Shown piece by piece: positions 50,301-61,100 of a DNA stretch of 64,000 nucleotides. The DNA is from Phaeosaccion multiseriatum. Taxonomy: Eukaryota; Protista; Ochrophyta, other classes. Location: the NCBI GenBank assembly GCA_965112735.1, contig OZ218957.1, positions 1,674,001 to 1,738,000 on the forward strand, in the 5' to 3' direction. The notes under the pieces are model-generated. The model searched no databases, was not told the origin of the DNA, and saw only the letters and a list, made by a program, of their open reading frames with translations. Within the stretch, counting starts at the first letter, position 1; each line of letters opens with the position of its first letter. Both the position numbers and the translations under genes were made by a program.

Positions 50301-52485
50301 TTCTCGGGGTGCTCCTGCACCTGGGTTCTGGCGTACTCCCTGGCTGCTGTTGCTGCTGTGTTGATCTCTTCGAGGCTCTCGTCGACGTGCGCTTGCTGGA
50401 GGCGTCGAAAGGTCTCGTGTGTGGGAGGGAGGTGGCCGTCTCTGCTCTTTGTGCTGAGCCTCGCCGCGGCCTTGTGCAGGCCTCCGGGTTTGGTGAGCAG
50501 GTGGGCGCAGGTTTCTCTCCGTCGCTCCTCTGTCTGTGCCTGTGCTGGGGGTGGTGGGCGGCGTGCGTGTGCTGTGGCTATCGCTGCTTGTGCGAGTGGG
50601 GCGATGTCGAGGTCGAGGACCATCTGTATCCGCTGCTGGCGGCTGTAGGCTCCGTCTTTAGAGAAGAGCATGGCAGGGAGGAGGTGGTGGAAGACATCCC
50701 ATGCCAGAAGGGTGTGGAGGGTGGCGTCGGTGGGTCCGTTCTTGTGGGCCCTCAGCGCCCTGTTCCAGTTGTTGAGCGCTCTTTGCTGTAAGCTGATAAT
50801 CAAGCTTACGTGGCGGGGGTTGCACTGCGCTACTGTCTCAAACACGAGTGTTGAGAGGATGGTACCCTGCGGGTCCAGGGCCCCTAGGCGGAGGACGTTT
50901 GGGTGCTGCATGGGCCATCCTTCCTCGGGTGTATCGTCGTTGGCTGGCCCTTCTCCGTCCCCTCCGTCCCCGCCGCTACCTCCTTGGCCTCTGCTCCGTC
51001 CTCCTCCCCCTCGTCTCGCTGCTGCTGCTGTGGTTCCTTGCGTGCGTGTGCTATCTCCCCCTGCCCTTTCTCTCTGAGGTCCCCTCTCTGCTGCTGCTCC
51101 TTGTCCGTTTCCTTCCCCCTCCCTCGTCCTCCTCTTCGTCCTTCTACTCCACTTGGCGCTGCTGCGATTGCTCCTCCTCCTCCTCCTCCTCCTTCCGCGT
51201 GCCCTCGCCCTCCTCCTCTGCCCGTGGGGGTGGTGGGTTGGTACGGGTTGAGCCTGGCCGTTGCTGTCGTGTGCTGGGGCGTTGCCGTACGCGACGGGTC
51301 CTCGTTTGGGTCTGGGCCTAGATAGGCGTTCTCGAGGTCGTTGAGGGGGCCTTGGTAGGCCGATGCTGCGTTGCCTTGGGTGAGGATGGTCCTGAGGGCG
51401 GGGATGGCTCGTTGAGCTTGGTAGCCAGCCATGCAGCCTTGCGCGGGGCAGGGGAGGTTGCCTGGTGGTATGACGGGCTGCTGGTTGGCTCTCCTCAGTG
51501 TGGCTTGGTCGTTCAGGTGGTGAAGGAGGCACGCGGGGTGAACGGTGTGTTGGCAGCGTCGGGTGCGTACTGGCCACTCCGTGGTTGGTGCGATGAAAGG
51601 GGGGTCCGCGTCAGACATGCATATGCAGCATATCGGGGCTGGGGGGGCGGTAGGTTGGGGTGGGGGTGTGTGTCGGGTGGTGGGGGGTGGCTGGGACTGG
51701 CGGCGCCGTCCTTGGCTGGCCTGCGCGTGCTGCTGATGCGACTCTCTGCGCTCCCTCGCTAGGCGATCCCTTGCGCGGCCCATAGCTCTCCCTCCTTGTG
51801 CTGTGATGGCCTGCTCGATCGTGTGCCGGTAGCAGGGGTTGCGGCAGTAGGGGCAGAGGTGGTCGTTGCGGTTGGGGTACGTGCTCATGACTCCCAATGC
51901 GCAGTGGTTGTGCACGTGATGTTCGTCTTCGTGCATGGCGACTTGTGCTTGGCCAGTGAGCGGTTCCATACACACCGGGCAGTTGGGTAGCTCCTCGTTG
52001 TTGGTGGGGTCGCCTCCTCCTTCTGCTTCGTCACCTCCTCCCTCTGCTTGCCCTTCCCCTCCTTCTGCCGCTGCTTCCCGTGCCAGTGCTGGGCGCTCTC
52101 CTCCGCCTCTGCTGTTTTCGCCCTCTCCCCCCCCTGCTACTACTCTTCCGTCGCGGTCTCCTCGTCCCCCTCCCCTGTGTCCCGCTCGCTCTCCTCTCCC
52201 TTCTCCCTCCGGGTCGTGCTCCCGTGTAGTGTCTGTCCCACCTGCTCTTGTCGGTGGGGGCATGCTGCGAGCTCGTGGTGGGATGGTTGACGATGCCGGG
52301 AGGTGTGCTGCTTCGTATGCTCGTATGCATGTGTGGCATATGGGCTGCCGTAGGCCTGCTTGCGGGAAGCTTCTGAGGAGGGATCTGCCGGAGTTTCTGT
52401 GGGCCAGGTTGCCGCATCCACGTATACAGTCACGTAGCTGATACGTTCTGTTCTGTGGTCCGCTCTGTGGGCCGTTGGCGCGGTA
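47341..52485 (-). mobile_element. 5'-truncated retrotransposon copy B1 (5145 bp), 11-12-bp TSD
   Basis: TSD (A)GGGCTGTGAGA at 47330-47340 and 52486-52496 carries the unit-specific GGC variant on both sides. RT and RLE coding regions are retained. Confidence 0.95.
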
Positions 52486-52577
52486 GGGCTGTGAGAAGCA
52501 TTCGCAGCAGGGAGGATTGTGCAGTAGCCACGGAGCTGCGAGAATGCGTAAGAGGTGTACTGTGGAGGGGTGTGAGA

Positions 52578-55500
52578 TGTATATTAGAGCTTATGGACTC
52601 AGTATTGGAGCGCTCGAGGTAAGTTGTAACCATGTGTAGATGCGTGTATGTGTGGTATTGATGGAGCGTGAGGTGGAGGGGAAGAGGATGGTAAGGGTGG
52701 TAGAGTAGAGGATAATGGGGAATGGGAAGGGAGTGAAGGGGGGAGGAGGAGATGAAGGGGTGTGGGAAGGAGTGAGGTGGTGGAGGTGATATGTGAACTA
52801 ACCTACTGTGGGTGGTGCGGGTGACAAGGCGTGACTAACTGTGGTTGCTATGCTGTGTGCTGATGGTCTCGCTGTCTGCTGGCTGGTGTACTCCTGCTCC
52901 TCAGGCGGCCGCTCCGTCGATGGCTCCCATGAGCCCCCAGTCGAGGGTTTCTGCTGCTTCGTGCTGCGTCATGGTGGCTCGAAGGAGGGTGCCATACCTG
53001 ATCTCCCGCTGTGAGAGGGCGCGTTGAAGGGCGAGGGACAGTTGTTGGCGCAGGAGGCCCTTGATGGGGCCCGTGGCTGCCGCCGCTGCGGGGCCGAGCC
53101 CTCTTGATGCCTTGTGGATGGCCATCGCCTCGATGAGCTCGTCCGTTTGGTGGCCCAGTCTGCCGTACGTCTCGATTGCAATGCACTTCAGGGTTGAAGT
53201 CCCGGGCAGAAAACTGCCCAGGTAGTGGGTGCGCTTGCGTTCTTCGGCGGCGGCTGCTGCGTGGCCTGGCGTGGTGGAGGCCCGTCCCACGTGAGTGGGG
53301 GCGGTGGGGTTGGTGACGGTGATGTCGCAGAGGAGGTTTCTCCGCAGGGGTGCGTCCGCTCCCGGGAAGCTACCTGCGGGATAGGTCAGATCCATGCGTA
53401 GGTCTCGGCCTGCTCGGGTGCCCGTGGGGCCGTCGAAGCAGGTCTGGTCCTCTACACGTGCTCCTCCAATGCCCACGCTGTGCATCATCCTCCCGAAGGC
53501 CTTGACGAGGAGGTGGTGTGTGTGGTTGTGGAGGCCGGTGCGGGGGCAGATGGTGGCGTGGGTGGTGCTTGCCGTGCGGGCGCAGCCTGTGCCGAGGCAG
53601 GGTGGGGGCGGGTCCGCGTATGGCGTGTTGACACCGAGGTTGCGACGAAGGGCCATGGTCCATTCTGCGGGGGCCATGGTGTTGTGGCCGTGGGGGAGCG
53701 CTCCGAGGAAGGCCATGGCGCCCCTTCCTCGCTGTGAGTGGAGTCGGGCTGTTGCCATTTCCTGTGTCTCCTCTCCCCTCTGTGCCTCTGCCGGTGTGAC
53801 GTCGATGGTGGCGATGCTCTGCGTCAGCTCCTCATGGCGGCGTTTGTGGATGAAGGTGGTGAGGGCCTTCTGGACGCCGTGGGTCGGTTGACGGCCTGCC
53901 TGATGGCTCCTGCGCACGTTGCGTCGCGCTGTGTCTTGGGCTTGGTGGTCAGGCGGCTCGAGTACGCGTGAGCGGGCCTCGTCGAACTGTGCCTGACCCA
54001 CTGCTTGGATGAGGGGGGCCTCAGGGACCCCCTCCTCGTGCAGGAGGTTGACGCTGTCGGCGCCGCTCTTGAGGGCTCCGTTGGTGAACAGCTGGTCCGG
54101 TAGGGCGCTCTCTTGGGAGCCGTCCCGGCGTGCGGTGCGGCTGAGCAGGGGGGGGAGGGTGAGCATCTTGTTGCCAAGGTATGCTGCTGGGGCGATGTCG
54201 TGGAGGCTGGTGAGGCCGAGGCCGCCGAAGCGCCGTGCCGTATGCATTTGTAGGCGCTGTGTCTCCGTCCATGGCTCCTCTTGTGCATCTGCGGCCTGCT
54301 CCAGAGGGGGGCATCGGGGAGGCGCATGATGTGGGCCAGTGTCGCCCTGTTGGTGCGGTCTGCCCTGCTGCCGAGGGCGCGTCGGAAGATGGAGGGGTCA
54401 ATGGCTCTCGCCAGGTGTGTGAGCCTGGCTGGGAGGCATTGGAGGAGGACGAGGGTGGCCGCCTGGGTGTTGTCCCACTCGCTGCAGTGTTTGGCGAGTT
54501 GGAGGTAGCCCCTGGGGTCTTCTTGGCCGAGGATGTTGCGGAGGTACTCTTCGATGTACTCCTCCGTGCCGACGGGGATGCCGGCTACCACGGTACCCTC
54601 GGTGGCAAGTGTGGCGCCCTGCCGTTGGGCGTGGTCCCTGTCAGCCTGTGTTGGCTGCTTGCCTTTGCCCATGAGGTAAACCGTTTTCCTCTCGTTGAAC
54701 TCGAGGCCCAAGCCTCGGAATTGGGCTTGGAGATGGGCATGGCGTGGGGCGTAGGTCTGTAGGGGTGCGTCGGGTTCCAGCTGGTCCATGAGGTCGTCTG
54801 CGTAGGCGGAGATGGTGGGGCGGTTCGCTGCGGTGTCGGCTGTGTTCTGAACTTTCAGCACTGGGTGGATGGCGGCTGCGAACATGAGAGGCCCTTCTGG
54901 TGCTCCTTGGTTGACTCCGGAGCTCTGGTGGATGGTCTGGGTGCCGTCTGGTGTGAGGGCGTTGTGGGCGGAGGCGTGGGAGAGGCTGGCGATGGCGTAG
55001 TTGATGCCTGCTGGGTCGATGGTAGGGAGTGCGCCTGAGGCAAGGACGCCTCTGGCACGCGACACGCGGGTGTAGGCCTTGGTGATGTCATGCAGCACGA
55101 CGGTTTTGCCGGCATCGTGCGCTAGCTGGGCTGCTGCGGCGTGTGTTTCCCCTCCGCCTCTGACCGCTACCGCTAGCTGTCCTGCGCTTCTGAGCTCTGG
55201 GCCCACCCTGTCCGCGATGAGCTTCATGTGACAGCTCTCCACGAGGCTGCGGTAGAGGTTGGGGGATGTCACAGGACGCGCTTTCTCGCCGAGGGCTGCG
55301 GCGCTGGTGCTGAACCACCGTTTGGCGAGCTGTGGAGGCAGTGGAGTGTCCCCCGTTCGGAGCAGCTCGTAGGTGTCAGTCAGAGCCTCCACGATTGCGT
55401 ACTCCTGGGGGCTGTCCGGGGGGTACTTGACGTGGCTCGCCCTGCGCCCGTCTGCTCCTTGGCCCTTCCAGTAGTTGACCCTCCGGTAGGTCAGCAGCAT

Positions 55501-57599
55501 GGCTGTGCTGATCTCCTCTCTGGTGACGTCGTTGCCATTCTCGGGGTGCTCCTGCACCTGGGTTCTGGCGTACTCCCTGGCTGCTGTTGCTGCTGTGTTG
55601 ATCTCTTCGAGGCTCTCGTCGACGTGCGCTTGCTGGAGGCGTCGAAAGGTCTCGTGTGTGGGAGGGAGGTGGCCGTCTCTGCTCTTTGTGCTGAGCCTCG
55701 CCGCGGCCTTGTGCAGGCCTCCGGGTTTGGTGAGCAGGTGGGCGCAGGTTTCTCTCCGTCGCTCCTCTGTCTGTGCCTGTGCTGGGGGTGGTGGGCGGCG
55801 TGCGTGTGCTGTGGCTATCGCTGCTTGTGCGAGTGGGGCGATGTCGAGGTCGAGGACCATCTGTATCCGCTGCTGGCGGCTGTAGGCTCCGTCTTTAGAG
55901 AAGAGCATGGCAGGGAGGAGGTGGTGGAAGACATCCCATGCCAGAAGGGTGTGGAGGGTGGCGTCGGTGGGTCCGTTCTTGTGGGCCCTCAGCGCCCTGT
56001 TCCAGTTGTTGAGCGCTCTTTGCTGTAAGCTGATAATCAAGCTTACGTGGCGGGGGTTGCACTGCGCTACTGTCTCAAACACGAGTGTTGAGAGGATGGT
56101 ACCCTGCGGGTCCAGGGCCCCTAGGCGGAGGACGTTTGGGTGCTGCATGGGCCATCCTTCCTCGGGTGTATCGTCGTTGGCTGGCCCTTCTCCGTCCCCT
56201 CCGTCCCCGCCGCTACCTCCTTGGCCTCTGCTCCGTCCTCCTCCCCCTCGTCTCGCTGCTGCTGCTGTGGTTCCTTGCGTGCGTGTGCTATCTCCCCCTG
56301 CCCTTTCTCTCTGAGGTCCCCTCTCTGCTGCTGCTCCTTGTCCGTTTCCTTCCCCCTCCCTCGTCCTCCTCTTCCTCCTTCTACTCCACTTGGCGCTGCT
56401 GCGATTGCGCCTCCTCCTCCTCCTCCTCCTTCTTCCGCGTGCCCTCGCCCTCCTCCTCTGCCCGTGGGGGTGGTGGGTTGGTACGGGTTGAGCCTGGCCG
56501 TTGCTGTCGTGTGCTGGGGCGTTGCCGTACGCGACGGGTCCTCGTTTGGGTCTGGGCCTAGATAGGCGTTCTCGAGGTCGTTGAGGGGGCCTTGGTAGGC
56601 CGATGCTGCGTTGCCTTGGGTGAGGATGGTCCTGAGGGCGGGGATGGCTCGTTGAGCTTGGTAGCCAGCCATGCAGCCTTGCGCGGGGCAGGGGAGGTTG
56701 CCTGGTGGTATGACGGGCTGCTGGTTGGCTCTCCTCAGTGTGGCTTGGTCGTTCAGGTGGTGAAGGAGGCACGCGGGGTGAACGGTGTGTTGGCAGCGTC
56801 GGGTGCGTACTGGCCACTCCGTGGTTGGTGCGATGAAAGGGGGGTCCGCGTCAGACATGCATATGCAGCATATCGGGGCTGGGGGGGCGGTAGGTTGGGG
56901 TGGGGGTGTGTGTCGGGTGGTGGGGGGTGGCTGGGACTGGCGGCGCCGTCCTTGGCTGGCCTGCGCGTGCTGCTGATGCGACTCTCTGCGCTCCCTCGCT
57001 AGGCGATCCCTTGCGCGGCCCATAGCTCTCCCTCCTTGTGCTGTGATGGCCTGCTCGATCGTGTGCCGGTAGCAGGGGTTGCGGCAGTAGGGGCAGAGGT
57101 GGTCGTTGCGGTTGGGGTACGTGCTCATGACTCCCAATGCGCAGTGGTTGTGCACGTGATGTTCGTCTTCGTGCATGGCGACTTGTGCTTGGCCAGTGAG
57201 CGGTTCCATACACACCGGGCAGTTGGGTAGCTCCTCGTTGTTGGTGGGGTCGCCTCCTCCTTCTGCTTCGTCACCTCCTCCCTCTGCTTGCCCTTCCCCT
57301 CCTTCTGCCGCTGCTTCCCGTGCCAGTGCTGGGCGCTCTCCTCCGCCTCTGCTGTTTTCGCCCTCTCCCCCCCCTGCTACTACTCTTCCGTCGCGGTCTC
57401 CTCGTCCCCCTCCCCTGTGTCCCGCTCGCTCTCCTCTCCCTTCTCCCTCCGGGTCGTGCTCCCGTGTAGTGTCTGTCCCACCTGCTCTTGTCGGTGGGGG
57501 CATGCTGCGAGCTCGTGGTGGGATGGTTGACGATGCCGGGAGGTGTGCTGCTTCGTATGCTCGTATGCATGTGTGGCATATGGGCTGCCGTAGGCCTGC
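52578..57599 (-). mobile_element. 5'-truncated retrotransposon copy B2 (~5.0 kb), TSD TGTGAGA
   Basis: Matches the element from the equivalent of ~9020 to the 3' end. TGTGAGA at 52571-52577 and 57600-57606. Confidence 0.95.
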
Positions 57600-57606
57600 T
57601 GTGAGA

Positions 57607-58087
57607 TGTATATTAGAGCTTATGGGCTCAGTATTGGAGCGCTCGAGGTAAGTTGTAACCATGTGTAGATGCGTGTATGTGTGGTATTGATGGAGCGTGA
57701 TGTGGAGGGGAAGAGGATGGTAAGGGTGGTAGAGTAGAGGATAATGGGGAATGGGAAGGGAGTGAGGGGGGGAGGAGGAGATGAAGGGGGGTGGGAAGGA
57801 GTGAGGTGGTGGAGGTGATATGTGAACTATCCTACTGGGGGTGGTGCGGGTGACAAGGCGTGACTAACTGTGGTTGCTATGCTGTGTGCTGATGGTCTCG
57901 CTGTCTGCTGGCTGGTGTACTCCTGCTCCTCAGGCGGCCGCTCCGTCGATGGCTCCCATGAGCCCCCAGTCGAGGGTTTCTGCTGCTTCGTGCTGCGTCA
58001 TCGTGGCTCGAAGGAGGGTGCCATACCTGATCTCCCGCTGTGAGAGGGCGCGTTGAAGGGCGAGGGACAGTTGTTGGCGCAGGAGGC
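57607..58087 (-). mobile_element. 5'-truncated retrotransposon copy B3 (481 bp), directly tandem to B2
   Basis: End of the ORF plus the 3' UTR, flanked by TGTGAGA at 57600-57606 and 58088-58094. Confidence 0.93.
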
Positions 58088-58169
58088 TGTGAGATGTATC
58101 GGGTCCAAGGAGGGTTGTGCACTAGGCATGGAGCTGTGGTCAAGACTTGTACTGTGGAGGGGTGTGAGA

Positions 58170-61100
58170 TGTATATTAGAGCTTATGGGCTCAGTATTGG
58201 AGCGCTCGAGGTAAGTTGTAACCATGTGTAGATGCGTGTATGTGTGGTATTGATGGAGCGTGAGGTGGAGGGGAAGAGGATGGTAAGGGTGGTAGAGTAG
58301 AGGATAATGGGGAATGGGAAGGGAGTGAAGGGGGGAGGAGGAGATGAAGGGGTGTGGGAAGGAGTGAGGTGGTGGAGGTGATATGTGAACTAGCCTACTG
58401 TGGGTGGTGCGGGTGACAAGGCGTGACTAACTGTGGTTGCTATGCTGTGTGCTGATGGTCTCGCTGTCTGCTGGCTGGTGTACTCCTGCTCCTCAGGCGG
58501 CCGCTCCGTCGATGGCTCCCATGAGCCCCCAGTCGAGGGTTTCTGCTGCTTCGTGCTGCGTCATGGTGGCTCGAAGGAGGGTGCCATACCTGATCTCCCG
58601 CTGTGAGAGGGCGCGTTGAAGGGCGAGGGACAGTTGTTGGCGCAGGAGGCCCTTGATGGGGCCCGTGGCTGCCGCCGCTGCGGGGCCGAGCCCTCTTGAT
58701 GCCTTGTGGATGGCCATCGCCTCGATGAGCTCGTCCGTTTGGTGGCCCAGTCTGCCGTACGTCTCGATTGCAATGCACTTCAGGGTTGAAGTCCCGGGCA
58801 GAAAACTGCCCAGGTAGTGGGTGCGCTTGCGTTCTTCGGCGGCGGCTGCTGCGTGGCCTGGCGTGGTGGAGGCCCGTCCCACGTGAGTGGGGGCGGTGGG
58901 GTTGGTGACGGTGATGTCGCAGAGGAGGTTTCTCCGCAGGGGTGCGTCCGCTCCCGGGAAGCTACCTGCGGGATAGGTCAGGTCCATGCGTAGGTCTCGG
59001 CCTGCTCGGGTGCCCGTGGGGCCGTCGAAGCAGGTCTGGTCCTCTACACGTGCTCCTCCAATGCCCACGCTGTGCATCATCCTCCCGAAGGCCTTGACGA
59101 GGAGGTGGTGTGTGTGGTTGTGGAGGCCGGTGCGGGGGCAGATGGTGGCGTGGGTGGTGCTTGCCGTGCGGGCGCAGCCTGTGCCGAGGCAGGGTGGGGG
59201 CGGGTCCGCGTATGGCGTGTTGACACCGAGGTTGCGACGAAGGGCCATGGTCCATTCTGCGGGGGCCATGGTGTTGTGGCCGTGGGGGAGCGCTCCGAGG
59301 AAGGCCATGGCGCCCCTTCCTCGCTGTGAGTGGAGTCGGGCTGTTGCCATTTCCTGTGTCTCCTCTCCCCTCTGTGCCTCTGCCGGTGTGACGTCGATGG
59401 TGGCGATGCTCTGCGTCAGCTCCTCATGGCGGCGTTTGTGGATGAAGGTGGTGAGGGCCTTCTGGACGCCGTGGGTCGGTTGACGGCCTGCCTGATGGCT
59501 CCTGCGCACGTTGCGTCGCGCTGTGTCTTGGGCTTGGTGGTCAGGCGGCTCGAGTACGCGTGAGCGGGCCTCGTCGAACTGTGCCTGACCCACTGCTTGG
59601 ATGAGGGGGGCCTCAGGGACCCCCTCCTCGTGCAGGAGGTTGACGCTGTCGGCGACGCTCTTGAGGGCTCCGTTGGTGAACAGCTGGTCCGGTAGGGCGC
59701 TCTCTTGGGAGCCGTCCCGGCGTGCGGTGCGGCTGAGCAGGGGGGGAGGGTGAGCATCTTGTTGCCAAGGTATGCTGCTGGGGCGATGTCGTGGAGGCTG
59801 GTGAGGCCGAGGCCGCCGAAGCGCCGTGCCGTATGCATTTGTAGGCGCTGTGTCTCCGTCCATGGCTCCTCTTGTGCATCTGCGGCCTGCTCCAGAGGGG
59901 GGCATCGGGGAGGCGCATGATGTGGGCCAGTGTCGCCCTGTTGGTGCGGTCTGCCCTGCTGCCGAGGGCGCGTCGGAAGATGGAGGGGTCAATGGCTCTC
60001 GCCAGGTGTGTGAGCCTGGCTGGGAGGCATTGGAGGAGGACGAGGGTGGCCGCCTGGGTGTTGTCCCACTCGCTGCAGTGTTTGGCGAGTTGGAGGTAGC
60101 CCCTGGGGTCTTCTTGGCCGAGGATGTTGCGGAGGTACTCTTCGATGTACTCCTCCGTGCCGACGGGGATGCCGGCTACCACGGTACCCTCGGTGGCAAG
60201 TGTGGCGCCCTGCCGTTGGGCGTGGTCCCTGTCAGCCTGTGTTGGCTGCTTGCCTTTGCCCATGAGGTAAACCGTTTTCCTCTCGTTGAACTCGAGGCCC
60301 AAGCCTCGGAATTGGGCTTGGAGATGGGCATGGCGTGGGGCGTAGGTCTGTAGGGGTGCGTCGGGTTCCAGCTGGTCCATGAGGTCGTCTGCGTAGGCGG
60401 AGATGGTGGGGCGGTTCGCTGCGGTGTCGGCTGTGTTCTGAACTTTCAGCACTGGGTGGATGGCGGCTGCGAACATGAGAGGCCCTTCTGGTGCTCCTTG
60501 GTTGACTCCGGAGCTCTGGTGGATGGTCTGGGTGCCGTCTGGTGTGAGGGCGTTGTGGGCGGAGGCGTGGGAGAGGCTGGCGATGGCGTAGTTGATGCCT
60601 GCTGGGTCGATGGTAGGGAGTGCGCCTGAGGCTAGGACGCCTCTGGCACGCGACACGCGGGTGTAGGCCTTGGTGATGTCATGCAGCACGACGGTTTTGC
60701 CGGCATCGTGCGCTAGCTGGGCTGCTGCGGCGTGTGTTTCCCCTCCGCCTCTGACCGCTACCGCTAGCTGTCCTGCGCTTCTGAGCTCTGGGCCCACCCT
60801 GTCCGCGATGAGCTTCATGTGACAGCTCTCCACGAGGCTGCGGTAGAGGTTGGGGGATGTCACAGGACGCGCTTTCTCGCCGAGGGCTGCGGCGCTGGTG
60901 CTGAACCACCGTTTGGCGAGCTGTGGAGGCAGTGGAGTGTCCCCCGTTCGGAGCAGCTCGTAGGTGTCAGTCAGAGCCTCCACGATTGCGTACTCCTGGG
61001 GGCTGTCCGGGGGGTACTTGACGTGGCTCGCCCTGCGCCCGTCTGCTCCTTGGCCCTTCCAGTAGTTGACCCTCCGGTAGGTCAGCAGCATGGCTGTGCT

